This document shows positions 11,539 to 23,100 of a DNA stretch of 64,000 bases, in pieces (the first letter of the stretch is position 1; each line of letters starts with the position of its first letter). Origin of the DNA: Setoptus koraiensis (taxonomy: Eukaryota > Animalia > Arthropoda); contig CM106585.1 of NCBI GenBank assembly GCA_048013815.1, positions 16,120,001 to 16,184,000 of the forward strand, given 5' to 3'. The notes below the pieces were generated by a model that did not search any database, was not told where the DNA came from, and saw nothing but the letters and a program-made list of their open reading frames with translations. The position numbers and the translations under genes are program-made.

Positions 11539-13092
11539 TGGCGAAAGTATATGGTAGAACATCTGGATTGCCCTGTATGCGTACCTCTTTTGCTTCACAA
11601 TTATATACTGGAAGAATCTGGGATCGTCAGCTCGGAAATATTCCTCATCAGAATCAGAATCGTACAAACCATAACGGTCTTGGTGTCTCGCGAATGGTGG
11701 TGGGTCATCTGCAATCAAATAACCTCTGCCGATCATGAGTTCTAGTCTGAGTTCTATCATCTCATCTATTGTGTAGCAAGGTTGATTGAATACAAAATGA
11801 GGCGTGAGTGATTTACACAAGCTCAGTGCTTTGTTAATCAGCAATTTTCTCTGGACTCTTAACCTGGTTTCTAATATATCTGAGAATAGAGTATGCTGTA
11901 ATTGCTTGGATAGTAGAGAAACCAAAGAGTTTGCAATTACACTATCTAGAAGAAATACAGAGGTCAAGTGACTTGCGTGATGTTCCAATTTGAGGACTTG
12001 AGGGTAACTTGTTGTTGGCATAAGGTAATTCTCTAGTATAATATTTTCTGTGCTCGATGAACATTGACCAGTACGTGACTTTACATAAACAAGATCTTTC
12101 GTGAGAAGTTTGCACGCGTATTGAATGACGTACTTGCAGTCCCCAGTAAAGCCTACGTTGATATTACGAGTATAGAGCTCATCTATCAACCACTCGCAGC
12201 TTTGTTTTAATTGATCAACGGTGGCACCATTGCGATATCTAGTCAAAAATAGAAATGACACTAACTGAGTAGACATAATAGTTGTCCCGTGTAATAAATC
12301 GTATCTCAGATGATTGACAACTCTTTGTGAGGGGCTGACATCGTTCGTAAAGTCACATGATATTCGTTCTCTAACAGATTCAATAAAAGTTTTAAGAGGT
12401 ACCGCTTGAAGTATATTGATCCGCATACTGCCATAATTTTGAACATCTGACAAGATTATTTTGAGTGCTGCGGAGGCAAATGGGAAGGGATTAGATGCCG
12501 GCGGAATATCCGGAATTCTATCGTAACTTGATGCAATAGGCACAACATATGTAAGGTCGTCGGTCGTGTTGAGATAATTCGATTCTCCAAACTCTTCTAG
12601 CGTGATAATTCTAGCATCGGCTATTCCAAACATACTCAATATCATTTGGTAAATCAATTCGTCCAAACCGCATTTATACAATGTTACAAAAACAACCTCG
12701 GACCGTTGATGATCCTCTATGATTTTTCTGACAGCTAAAATTTGACCTTTATGAAATTGTATGGACATGAACCTCTGCTTCAAGGCTCCAAACAGGGTAA
12801 CTGCACCCAGTTGAGTCGGTGAGTATGATCCTTTCTGAATGCCCGACTTTTTGGAGCTATCGAGGGTTGTACGTTTCATCAAGTCCAGATTGGGGTAATG
12901 TAATAAGTTGGTGATTCCGTACGACGAATGTTTCTTATTATCACTAGAGGGTGTCTGTTCGGACAAGCATTTCTGACAACGGTCGACCATGTACCGCGGC
13001 ACTTTGGTTAGCCCTGAACTGAAAGTTGATACGGCTTTAAATTCACCCAATGTCTTGAATAAATCCTTACTTAAACGAGTTTGCCTTTCCAT
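11524..13092 (-). CDS. GPAM: Mitochondrial-type glycerol-3-phosphate acyltransferase 1-like protein, 522 aa, intronless, catalytically degenerate
   Basis: GPAT1-like blocks VVPIASSYDRI, NYGSMRINILQAVPLKTFI, IMSTQLVSFLFLTRYRNG and VGFTGDCKYVIQYACKLL. The HxxxxD motif reads YKCGLD, and the GxFFIRR and FxEGTRS motifs are absent. Confidence 0.82.
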   Translation of the reverse strand: MERQTRLSKDLFKTLGEFKAVSTFSSGLTKVPRYMVDRCQKCLSEQTPSSDNKKHSSYGITNLLHYPNLDLMKRTTLDSSKKSGIQKGSYSPTQLGAVTLFGALKQRFMSIQFHKGQILAVRKIIEDHQRSEVVFVTLYKCGLDELIYQMILSMFGIADARIITLEEFGESNYLNTTDDLTYVVPIASSYDRIPDIPPASNPFPFASAALKIILSDVQNYGSMRINILQAVPLKTFIESVRERISCDFTNDVSPSQRVVNHLRYDLLHGTTIMSTQLVSFLFLTRYRNGATVDQLKQSCEWLIDELYTRNINVGFTGDCKYVIQYACKLLTKDLVYVKSRTGQCSSSTENIILENYLMPTTSYPQVLKLEHHASHLTSVFLLDSVIANSLVSLLSKQLQHTLFSDILETRLRVQRKLLINKALSLCKSLTPHFVFNQPCYTIDEMIELRLELMIGRGYLIADDPPPFARHQDRYGLYDSDSDEEYFRADDPRFFQYIIVKQKRYAYRAIQMFYHILSPLIHQ

Positions 13093-13871
13093 TTTTTGAC
13101 TTTATTTATTCTTTGATTTGCTTCGCGAAAGATAGAAGGTTTTTTTGCACAAAATTGATATTATTTGAGGACGATACGATGAGGCAAAAATAAAATGCAC
13201 AAAAATAGTTAAGAAGCGTTGATATCGTTAGGTGTGAGTGACCGTGAGGCACATTCAACACGTGTGAAACTGCAGAGCAAATTATTCAGCTGCTTGCATT
13301 ACGTTACCCGTGTCGCAACGGTCAGCCGCGATGCAAGAAGGCGTTGCGGAATGTTTCCGATCTTGTTCGTAGTGTGTGGCCGGTGCCCAAGCCGCAAGCT
13401 GCGGCCGTAGCAAATTATTACACTGAGGTACAGTTTGGAAATGGTTAAGATTGGTAGATTAGGAGCTGCGTAATTTCAGCTGTAACCCAATGGTCAGCCA
13501 GCCTATCACAGGTTGTTAGTACCCGAGTAGCCCGCCTTAACTTTGACCATTTTGACGCTGCCCAAGGGTATGCGCATGGCAACAGGTATAAATACTGACC
13601 GCCTCCATGGACTGCGGAGCATGCGCATAAAGTAGCCAAAAGTGTTCCACATGGAACTGTGAGCTAACTAACGCTGATTGAGTGGCTATTTGGCTTGTTT
13701 GGCGCTTCTATTGTGTAAAAATAGAACGAACAAGATGGTGGTGAGTCCAGTTGCCTATATGAGCTGCGAAGTTCCACACAATATCCAAAGTTTATTCTAT
13801 TATTGCAAGTTCCGTGCTCCACAGTGAAACATCAAGCATCTCGAGCCAGTAGAATTTCAAAATGAAGTTCC

Positions 13872-16800
13872 ATGATGATGTTCCTACGAGTGATTATGTT
13901 GTTATTATTATACTATTTATTAACAATTTCATTAACATTATTAGCAAATTTATCTTCGAACGTGTTAAATTTGAACATATTTTATCCATTCAGTAATAGT
14001 GTTAATAAGAACATAGATTTGAGTTGTTATGGATTTGTTGCGGCATCAGAACAAGTGCAAGATTCCCTCGGTGACAATAATACGTTCAACAGTAGCTACT
14101 CAATTCCGGAGCCAAGCGTTTTGGATAGCTTTTTACCATCGCTTCAGCCAATTAGCAAAACATTCAAGTCTTCGCAAGCGACCGCAAACAGCCGCAACAA
14201 CAATAATGCCGATGGTGGCCCCGCCATGAGTTTAACATCGACGTTATTGTTTAATCATTTACTGTCGACATTAGATAAGATCACCAAAGACGACGATGAG
14301 AGTCTCAATAAAGAAGCACACGAAGTTGCACGCAGAAATATAGTGGATGATTTACCGGTGCATATGATACAACAACAAAAACAAAAGCAACAACAAGCCA
14401 CAACTACACCACCACCCATCAGCAGATATTTTCCTACTACTACACAACCTAGCACCACAACGAGAAATCCAGATATACTCTCCAACAGGAACTTTGGTCT
14501 CAACGATTATCTATTCGGACCTTCTTATGGCGATTGGTCGAGACACACAAGTACTAATACTAATGATAATGATAACAATAATAGTAAAGAACGAAGTCGT
14601 CAGCATGTGCCATACAAACTAACAGCTAGACGTCTATTGGCTCCATACGTTACCACCTCTGCACCCCTACCTCCGCCAGAGACACCAACAGCGCCATTTA
14701 TAACCAATGCTCAATCATTACCGCCTAGAAGATCATACTCAGGGGAAAACATCAGCCCAATAGATTATTTAATCAAAGAAGAATTCGAATCTCGTCTAAA
14801 ACCTCTCATGCAAGATCTCATGGAGCACGAGAAAACCTTCAGACAAAGCAACCCTAATAATATTATCAAGCGAGACAACAATACCAACTCAGAGATGTCA
14901 AGGGGCCAGTCTATGCGGCAACCATCTACTACCCCGGTACCGCACTCAACACTTGAACTCACGACCATATCACCAAGTCCATTTCAAATACCATACAATC
15001 TACAGACTGTCAGTGTAAATCAACCAGGTTTCACTACAACTGCGCCCACCTATCTGTCACACAATCCAACGACAATGTCATCACTCATTTCAAGCACCGA
15101 CGATCCTACGTCAATTAACACAGAAACTACGCCTAAATTGAATCTCCAATTTGAAAATGATAATAAATCAGTAACAACAAACCAAGAAAAGAAGATCTCC
15201 CCAAACATAGTACATTCTGGTTGGATGCCGAGAAATGTCAGCAACGGTAACAACAATTACATCAATAATCATAATAATGATAATAATAATGATAGAATAT
15301 CCGCTTCGTCCGAAAACAGTGACTCGCATCAATTGGCACCAATTAGCACCACACACAGGCCAACAGCATCTAGTCGTTGGCAAAATTCCGATTCAAAACC
15401 ATCTAGATCGTCTGTGCACAATCATGGCAGCAATAATGGTAATAATAATAGAGAAGCTCACCGTCGCAACGGTGCCAAATTGAATTCTCAACAACAAAGT
15501 GAATTGCGGCCAAAATCATCTTTAAATAGTAGCAACGGTAAAAATCATACAATTTCACTCTCGAGTGCTTCAACCAGAATTGTTCAAAAGAATATTCCGC
15601 GAGATGAACGAAAAAAGACGGAACCAATTGCCAGAGATGAAGACGTCAACACGCAAGATTACACATCCAGTAGTGTTGCAACAACGACAACCACAATACC
15701 ACCTAGTGAGGTGGCGGTGGTGAGTAGCGAAGATGATTCCACTACATCGGTAAACGATGATGTTACTTTGACAAATGACGACAATGGCCGGCAATTGTTG
15801 CCATCGAAAAATAATTCTCTCGACACAAATAGCAAATCAGAGGAGGAGGAAGACAAAAATCTGTCAGCTGAGGATGTACAGCCGACGTCCAGCAGCGCAA
15901 GTAAAAATGCAAAAAATAGAACCAATCATCATAGCAAGTCTGACAGGCAGCATGTTGTTGAACACTCAGATGAAGATCAAGAGGCAATAACAAGTAATAA
16001 CAATATGCCTGTACCCGCTAAAACACCTGTAAAATCATCAACATCATTATCAGCTACAAACTCCAAAAGAGAAAAGAAAGACCGCGCCAATAATAGCAAA
16101 TCAACAGTTAATGCTAGTAGATATAATAATCATGACAGAACAACAATGAGTCCGTTAAATCAGAATCATCAAAGTCGACCAGCTTCTTCAACGACGGGCA
16201 GCAAAAAAGTGAAGAGTGATCGACACAGCGAGATACAGCCTCATAGTCAATATCATCATGGACCAAATACTAAACAACTAAAAGATCAAGAGCTATCTTA
16301 TCAGCCAAATAAACAAGATGATGACAATAACAGTAGTAACAACGACGATGGCAAAACCTTTCCTCCAGTCAGAACAGTCGAAGATGATTCTGAGGGACTA
16401 AGTGCTGATAAGGGGAGAGGAGTGAGAACAACAGTTCATCATCAGAATCAACAGAAACAGCATGTTGTACCAACAGCCATAAAGCCCCACAACGTGACAA
16501 ATAAATTAGCTGGCCTAACAAATCGTAGGTATAATCACAATCAGCACTCGGTACTCAATGGCGATGATCGATATCATAGTGACACTACAAGTAATCTCCA
16601 AGCTTATAATGATGCTAGTGATATGATCAGCAACAATGATAGAGACGTTGTAAATGAAAATGATGTAAGAGTAAGGAAGACACTGCCAACAACTGTTCCG
16701 CCTAGACCGAATAAAATTTATAAGGGTGTCAAAGACGAATATGACAGCTTTGCTGTACCAATCGGAAACACTGATGCAGGTACTAATCTTATAAGTCATC

Positions 16801-18662
16801 ACGATGTTGATTCATTGATCCCAAATTCGATGAGTACCCTTAGTCCAGTAAAAAATACCAACGATAAATACCATGATTTTATTAGCAAAGGATTAGAAAG
16901 TAGAGGACTACAACATCATCACGATTTAAGTCATTTGATGAATAATATAGGTGGTAGCGGTAGCAATAATCAGCCTGTGATACAATCGACTATTTTAAAA
17001 GATACACCAACTACGCCTCTGCCAACACCGTCACCTCCAAGCCAAGACACCACCAGTCAACCTACTTCAAAAGCACACAAAACATCCTACGAGAGTATGG
17101 CCTTCATTTTGATTGGAACCACTTGTGCATTATTTGTTATAGCCATAATATTAGTGGCCATGTCTATGCGATGCCAAGATATGTGCGACGATTATCAATC
17201 ATTAAGAAATGCTGAAAGAGCTGCCATTAAGTTACAGAAGCATAGATTGAGATACACCAATAATCATGCCCATAATATGATAAAAAGGAGCGACGGGCCA
17301 CCATCGTCAAGCTCTGAAAGGGGTCTTTTGTCTTCTCCGAGTCCGAGGTATAGTAGTGATCAGGTAAATGGAGGTTTAGATAATAGCAAGAACAACCATC
17401 ATCATCATCATCATGGCCAACATGAACATCCTAATGCTAATGGTCCTCTCAAAGCGGTCAAGAGTGCTCATCATGGTGTGTCATCGAGAGGTAATAGTAG
17501 ATGGAATGGTCAGCATCATCCCCACAATTTAGTTCATGACAGGTCGTATTGTCATTGTCCGAACTGTTCTAATTCATGGCTGTTCCGTGATCCAAACAAA
17601 CATATCAGCTGGGTATGTCCCAGTGTCTACTACCATCCTGTGCCACGAGTTAAATTGCCATTTGGGGCAGCGTCAAGTGTCAGCACATTCTTGAATAGTC
17701 CATCGGATAGAAGTAATGAGAGCAGATTTATGAACGTCAATGGTGGTATGACTACACAAATTTTGATGGACAGCACCAACCAACCATGTCAGATGGGTAT
17801 TGATGGTGGGAATAAGAAGCGAATTGCATTGAATCATGGTAATATACAAACTAGACATAACAATAGCGCTCAAGTTTGGCATCATAACAACAAAAGCAAC
17901 AAGCCGATAGGCAGAAATCAATTTGCTATGAATATCAGTAATGATCATCATGACCAAGATTTATTTGGTCAATACAAAAAGCATAAATCACACCGGCATA
18001 ATCATAATCATCAACTACAACAACAGCAAGGCGATGATAGTGAGCCTGCGATGGATGGCGAAAGTGAAAATTGTGACAGTATCGATTGCATACCTATCCC
18101 AATTAACCTATTTCAACAACAGCATCAACAGCAACAGAACAACAAAAGTCATGCCAAGCACAGTCATCATCAGAAATTAAATGCTGCACCGCCACAGAGA
18201 CATTGTAAAATAAAAAAAAACAACGCCAATATAGAATTTATAAAGTCCACCAAGTCTAATTTACGTCATATAGCTAATTCATCTGGTCTTGCTCAAAAGT
18301 TATCCAATCACCATAATCATCATAACCAATCAAATCAACTACTTTCACCTAGCAGTGAAGACAGTTCGTCCGCTCAATGCACTTGCTCTACCGTAGAACA
18401 ACAACAAAAAGTTAAAATAGGTCCCGTCTTCAGAGCTCACCATAGCCAATTGACGAAAGTCTCAGCAAGAAATTCAGATGTGAATAACAACTACTCACCT
18501 AGTATGAACAACGATAGACATGTGCATCATAATCATCATAATCAACGCAATAATGTTCGCTTGTCCAATGATAGTAATAGCAACAACATTAATTGTGCCA
18601 ATAGCAATGTAGACGCCAACGGAATGTTGGTTTGGTCAGCAAATGAGGATAGACTAATCTGA
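13872..18662 (+). CDS. Uncharacterised 1596-aa single-pass membrane protein with Ser/Thr/Asn-rich ectodomain and His/Asn/Gln-rich tail
   Basis: 4.8-kb uninterrupted ORF with a hydrophobic N-terminus (LRVIMLLLLYYLLTISLTLLA) and one clear TM helix AFILIGTTCALFVIAIILVAMSM at about nt 17100-17165. No recognisable globular domain. Confidence 0.85.
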   Translation: MMMFLRVIMLLLLYYLLTISLTLLANLSSNVLNLNIFYPFSNSVNKNIDLSCYGFVAASEQVQDSLGDNNTFNSSYSIPEPSVLDSFLPSLQPISKTFKSSQATANSRNNNNADGGPAMSLTSTLLFNHLLSTLDKITKDDDESLNKEAHEVARRNIVDDLPVHMIQQQKQKQQQATTTPPPISRYFPTTTQPSTTTRNPDILSNRNFGLNDYLFGPSYGDWSRHTSTNTNDNDNNNSKERSRQHVPYKLTARRLLAPYVTTSAPLPPPETPTAPFITNAQSLPPRRSYSGENISPIDYLIKEEFESRLKPLMQDLMEHEKTFRQSNPNNIIKRDNNTNSEMSRGQSMRQPSTTPVPHSTLELTTISPSPFQIPYNLQTVSVNQPGFTTTAPTYLSHNPTTMSSLISSTDDPTSINTETTPKLNLQFENDNKSVTTNQEKKISPNIVHSGWMPRNVSNGNNNYINNHNNDNNNDRISASSENSDSHQLAPISTTHRPTASSRWQNSDSKPSRSSVHNHGSNNGNNNREAHRRNGAKLNSQQQSELRPKSSLNSSNGKNHTISLSSASTRIVQKNIPRDERKKTEPIARDEDVNTQDYTSSSVATTTTTIPPSEVAVVSSEDDSTTSVNDDVTLTNDDNGRQLLPSKNNSLDTNSKSEEEEDKNLSAEDVQPTSSSASKNAKNRTNHHSKSDRQHVVEHSDEDQEAITSNNNMPVPAKTPVKSSTSLSATNSKREKKDRANNSKSTVNASRYNNHDRTTMSPLNQNHQSRPASSTTGSKKVKSDRHSEIQPHSQYHHGPNTKQLKDQELSYQPNKQDDDNNSSNNDDGKTFPPVRTVEDDSEGLSADKGRGVRTTVHHQNQQKQHVVPTAIKPHNVTNKLAGLTNRRYNHNQHSVLNGDDRYHSDTTSNLQAYNDASDMISNNDRDVVNENDVRVRKTLPTTVPPRPNKIYKGVKDEYDSFAVPIGNTDAGTNLISHHDVDSLIPNSMSTLSPVKNTNDKYHDFISKGLESRGLQHHHDLSHLMNNIGGSGSNNQPVIQSTILKDTPTTPLPTPSPPSQDTTSQPTSKAHKTSYESMAFILIGTTCALFVIAIILVAMSMRCQDMCDDYQSLRNAERAAIKLQKHRLRYTNNHAHNMIKRSDGPPSSSSERGLLSSPSPRYSSDQVNGGLDNSKNNHHHHHHGQHEHPNANGPLKAVKSAHHGVSSRGNSRWNGQHHPHNLVHDRSYCHCPNCSNSWLFRDPNKHISWVCPSVYYHPVPRVKLPFGAASSVSTFLNSPSDRSNESRFMNVNGGMTTQILMDSTNQPCQMGIDGGNKKRIALNHGNIQTRHNNSAQVWHHNNKSNKPIGRNQFAMNISNDHHDQDLFGQYKKHKSHRHNHNHQLQQQQGDDSEPAMDGESENCDSIDCIPIPINLFQQQHQQQQNNKSHAKHSHHQKLNAAPPQRHCKIKKNNANIEFIKSTKSNLRHIANSSGLAQKLSNHHNHHNQSNQLLSPSSEDSSSAQCTCSTVEQQQKVKIGPVFRAHHSQLTKVSARNSDVNNNYSPSMNNDRHVHHNHHNQRNNVRLSNDSNSNNINCANSNVDANGMLVWSANEDRLI

Positions 18663-19076
18663 TGCAAGACGATACTAAAATGTGTAGATCTAGTCGCATA
18701 CAACAATGATGGTTTCAGAAAGAAGAATATTCAGTCGACTGAATACAAATCTTATCTCATTTGAAACAGCTTTGATGAATGAGATAACTCTTCATGTTTA
18801 GGAACCAATATTCTACTTTGAGATGAAAGTGTTTTTAGTGATCCCTAGAATCATTCAAAGTAACAAGAAATTTTACTCAAGAGAGTGATCCTGGTCCGTT
18901 TTGACAGTCTATTTGTTGCGCATCCAACATCAAGATAAATAATTGGAAGAAAACATTGAGCGTTCTGATGGTTAATGACTAATCAATCATCACTATCAGT
19001 TAAATGATAATGATTGAAATAATAGTCATGTAAGCAATTAACTTACATCTAGTCAAATTCTTATAGGGTTCTAGTC

Positions 19077-19558
19077 ATGAGAGAGAAGGATCTTCAATAC
19101 CCCTCGATCACTCTCAAGTTTCAGCACCCTTGCTTATACTATGGTACGCCGCAATCTTCTTTTACCCGTGTGCGAAGAGATAAACAATTTACGTTTACAT
19201 CTTATCGCTTATATCACTTAGGACACAATGCAAAACTATTAAATCGGATTGGCAAAATGTTAAATCTACCTGTCAAGGAATGACAGAAAGACTGAAAGGC
19301 AAACGGAGACAGAACAACTTTCAATAGTTGTTAGTTATCATGAGTGGAGATCAGGGAGACCAATAATTTGCAGGAACTAACACTTTCTGTTTTCATTCAG
19401 CAACTGTATCTAAACAGCTTGCATTGTTCTCTGTTGCCACAAACATAGATAATATCGTTACCGAACTGGAAAGTTCTGAGCTCTCAAGCAATCTATCTAG
19501 ATTTGCAAATGCTCTTCGAAACAAAAGTGACGCTCCGATGCAAATCAACTCTCGCTGA
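19077..19558 (+). other. Possible two-exon small gene or unannotated exon: join(19077..19143,19401..19558), 74 aa
   Basis: Strong acceptor ACTAAC-actttctgttttcattcAG ending at 19400, followed by 51 open codons. A phase-compatible donor G|GTACGC at 19144 follows an ATG at 19077. No homology recognised. Confidence 0.25.
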
Positions 19559-20126
19559 TTGACACTATTTTCTATTAAGAGCCACAAAAGATACCAAGAT
19601 GAACCATTCATAGCCAGGTAGTCCACTTATATCAGCAATGGCAACTAGAGGGAATGACCTGTGTCTTGAACGAAGCACAAAGGACTTGACACTATTGTTT
19701 ACAAATAAACGACCGGTTAACATTAGGTTGAACTCTTATGGTAAGTAGGCATCTGCATATATAAAACCGACGAGAGTGAGCGCACAATTAAGAGCCCAAT
19801 CGGCTAGATTGTGGCCTAATGACAGTTTTTAGATCTAAATTATTATTTTTGTCACGCACAACACATCCAGATCTTGCATATTCTTAAGAGCCAATGGATA
19901 TCTCGCATGATATCAAGTGAGAGGAGCAATGTATTTTAATAGGTCAAATGCGAGTATATTCATTGATTTGGTCACACTTATTGATCGTGTCATAATTAAG
20001 ATTATTTATGGATGTATTTATTAGTGCATTAGATTGAGTCTGCCTCATAAGAAATCCACCAAAAATAACTTGAACTATTCTTTTCCCTGAAGTATACCGT
20101 ATAAGTAATCAACTAGCATGAGATTC

Positions 20127-20129
<3 letters not shown>

Positions 20130-20173
<44 letters not shown>
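20130..20173. repeat. (GA)n microsatellite, about 22 units
   Basis: Directly visible perfect GA run. Confidence 0.97.
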
Positions 20174-20178
<5 letters not shown>

Positions 20179-23100
20179 GGCGACGTATGTCCAACAAGCG
20201 TTTATTGGACAATAAACGTTAATGAGAGTTTTAAAAAACTTATAATGAATGGAAAATTCGCAGCAAAATAAAAAAGGATGATGCAGGGTTGAAAATAGAC
20301 GTTTTTAAACAACTGTGGCACACGCCATTCGTTCCCTCTGAACAGATAAATTGTTTAGTAAATATGGGCAAGTGTCACTATTTATGTCGCTAACTAGTGA
20401 TCGACAGGGGTCAGCATCGTTAGTTGGAACCATAATATTGCTGTACTTAACTTGAGTTTGCCAGAAATTTGCTTCATGTAGACTATTTAGGTTGGTTGAA
20501 CAAATAAGAACAGACAAATTGTTGTGCAAATTTGTTGAGTCAATACCATAATTGAACAATGATATGCTTGGCAAGTTTATGCAACAACTGTGGAAATATG
20601 ACTCGACTCCGTTATTCATGTTTTTTACTAGTCTATACTCAGTGTTGAATAGACAAGCGCAGTAAGTTCTGAGTTGTCATTTTGTTAACTAACTCTTCTG
20701 AATTGCTTGACTTGCTGATCTATTAATTTTTCAGTTGAGATTTTTTGAAAACTAAAGATTTCCAATAGGGAATCGAAGCGTTTTTTATGTAACTAAGATG
20801 TCACTTAGTCAAAAGTACATTGTTTGTAAATAATATTCAAGGCTAAGAATCATTTACTCATACTCTCCTCACTTGGTTGCACCCTCATGGCCCAAATTGC
20901 TAGTGTTAGTTTAAATTGTAAATAGAGATACTTAAGTGCATGATGTTTTCTATCAGTAACAGTTGACTTGTGACTTTGTCATGGCATGTCCGATATCATA
21001 ATCACATACATCATCTTCCTTCCAAGTAGCCAAGAAAGTTTGCTATCCAGACAAAAGATTAGATCGGCTTTATATTGCACGCAATCGATTTACCTTCAAT
21101 CTCACAACTTGAATGTCTGATGAGCAGTCTAGAGCTTTCTGAACAAATAATAGGCTATATCCCAGAATCGGCGTTTATCAAATTAGGTCAATGTCACCAT
21201 GAGCTTCTGTGTATTGTGCCAATATTTGGCACTTGTTAGACGACATCAAAAATTGATCCACAATCACATGTACAGATTCCATGTACAAGTGTCCAGATAA
21301 TAATCATATGCTACGGAAAGCTATTCACGTAAAGGAAAACAGGGAAAGAGACAAAGAGATAGAGTTTGAGAAGCCTCAACACAACTAAAATTTACTCTTA
21401 TTATTATGTTGTGGCGCCGGTAAGTCGCCGTAACACTGCGATACTTGTCGCAACTCTATGTCGTCTATAAAAGAGAAAAAGAAGCTACTATATATTAATG
21501 ATCCACCTTTTTAGAAAAACCACTAATTCGATCAATGGACAACTTGGACATGGCAGAACATTCGTAAGAACTATCAATAGTGAATCTATCGACAGTTATT
21601 GTTGTGCAACAAGTATTTCGAACAAAAGAACTTGTTCTCTTGGTCCAAATCTTACACTTCACAAATAGTTGAGACCAATCAAAATGAGATCAAGGTAACA
21701 AGTGCGAACAAGCGCAAATTATGACAAGCCTAGAGCCTTGTTATTGCCTATTCTTAGTTTGCTTATTGAGGAAATCGACTCACCTTCAGTTCTATCAGAT
21801 AACTGTTCTTTCAGTCTCTGTCAAGTCTGTTATGAAGAATATAGCTATACACAGTTGAGAGTAGAAAAGTTTGAAGATGGTCGTGTGAATCTCGCTGAAA
21901 TTAGACACACAACACAGAAACAAAACTGCGTCTGATATGATCCGTTCGTTGTTGAGAGAGACACTTGTGAGAAGAGCTTTCTAGGTGAAATCCTTCGAAG
22001 AATGAAGATAAAAAAGTATTGAGCATGTTCAATTTGACCCAACGACCATGCCACCAATATGACAGCTACTGCTTGATGTCCGGAATGCGGTTGCTGTGAG
22101 TAGCTCAAATTTTCAATCAGAGAAAGAGCGAGATTGATTTCCCGTTACACAAACTCCATACTAGACATTTCTTGTAAATCAGATTTTGTCATCGAACTGT
22201 TCCTACTGAAACAACCATACATACTCTCACATCAGACTATAGTAACCATAGATACATAGGCTCGTTAGGGTAGATTCTGATGTTTTTTTTGTTTAATATC
22301 ACACGAAGATACACTTGTTTATCAGCACATCTACCATACCTGTCATCATCACATGTTTGCCATGTCCAAGATCTTACCATTGCAGCCAACTGGCTAACTA
22401 GTTGATCTATGGCCGGACTGAATCATTGAAGGTCGATCGACAAGTTTGTTGTTGCGGATGCATTTGATTAATTAGAGTTCGAAGAACGCTTAGACTTGAA
22501 GTAGTATAGATTGGAGGCTTAGAAATCACTGATCACTGATGATCGACGAAGGAAGAATCATAGCGTCAGATGGAGAAAACAATCAATGGTCACATATTGT
22601 TAGCCAGTGTTGCAAGCGATCGCAACTTGTTTTGCTTCAATGAGTTTGTTTCCAGCAACTCCTGTTGGTCCTATCCTGAGTCGATTCAACTTATTGACCA
22701 TTTCATGGCACAGTGACTGTTGTCAACAAAACTAAATAGTTGGCGGTATTCCTGCTAGCGCATCGATTCAAATTGACGACTATCGATTTGAATTTGACTT
22801 CCTTCGAGTAGTAACTCTGAATGCAACAATACCTGCTTGAGTCAGTTAAGAGACTAGCGAGCAAAGGGAAACCACAAGGCACAGAATGAATGTCAACCTG
22901 GAGAAGAATCGAAGCCATCATGAACTAAATTATTATGCATTGACGAATGCCAGAATTAGATTAGAGGGAATCATTCAAGGGTAAAATAACGCTTTGACCA
23001 CTTTTCTGTAACGGTAGTTGTAACGGTAGTGTTATAGGTCTAACAATATTCTGGCCTGCAACCTGTTTCTGTTTGCCTTGTGTCGTGTTTACTTTTCAAC

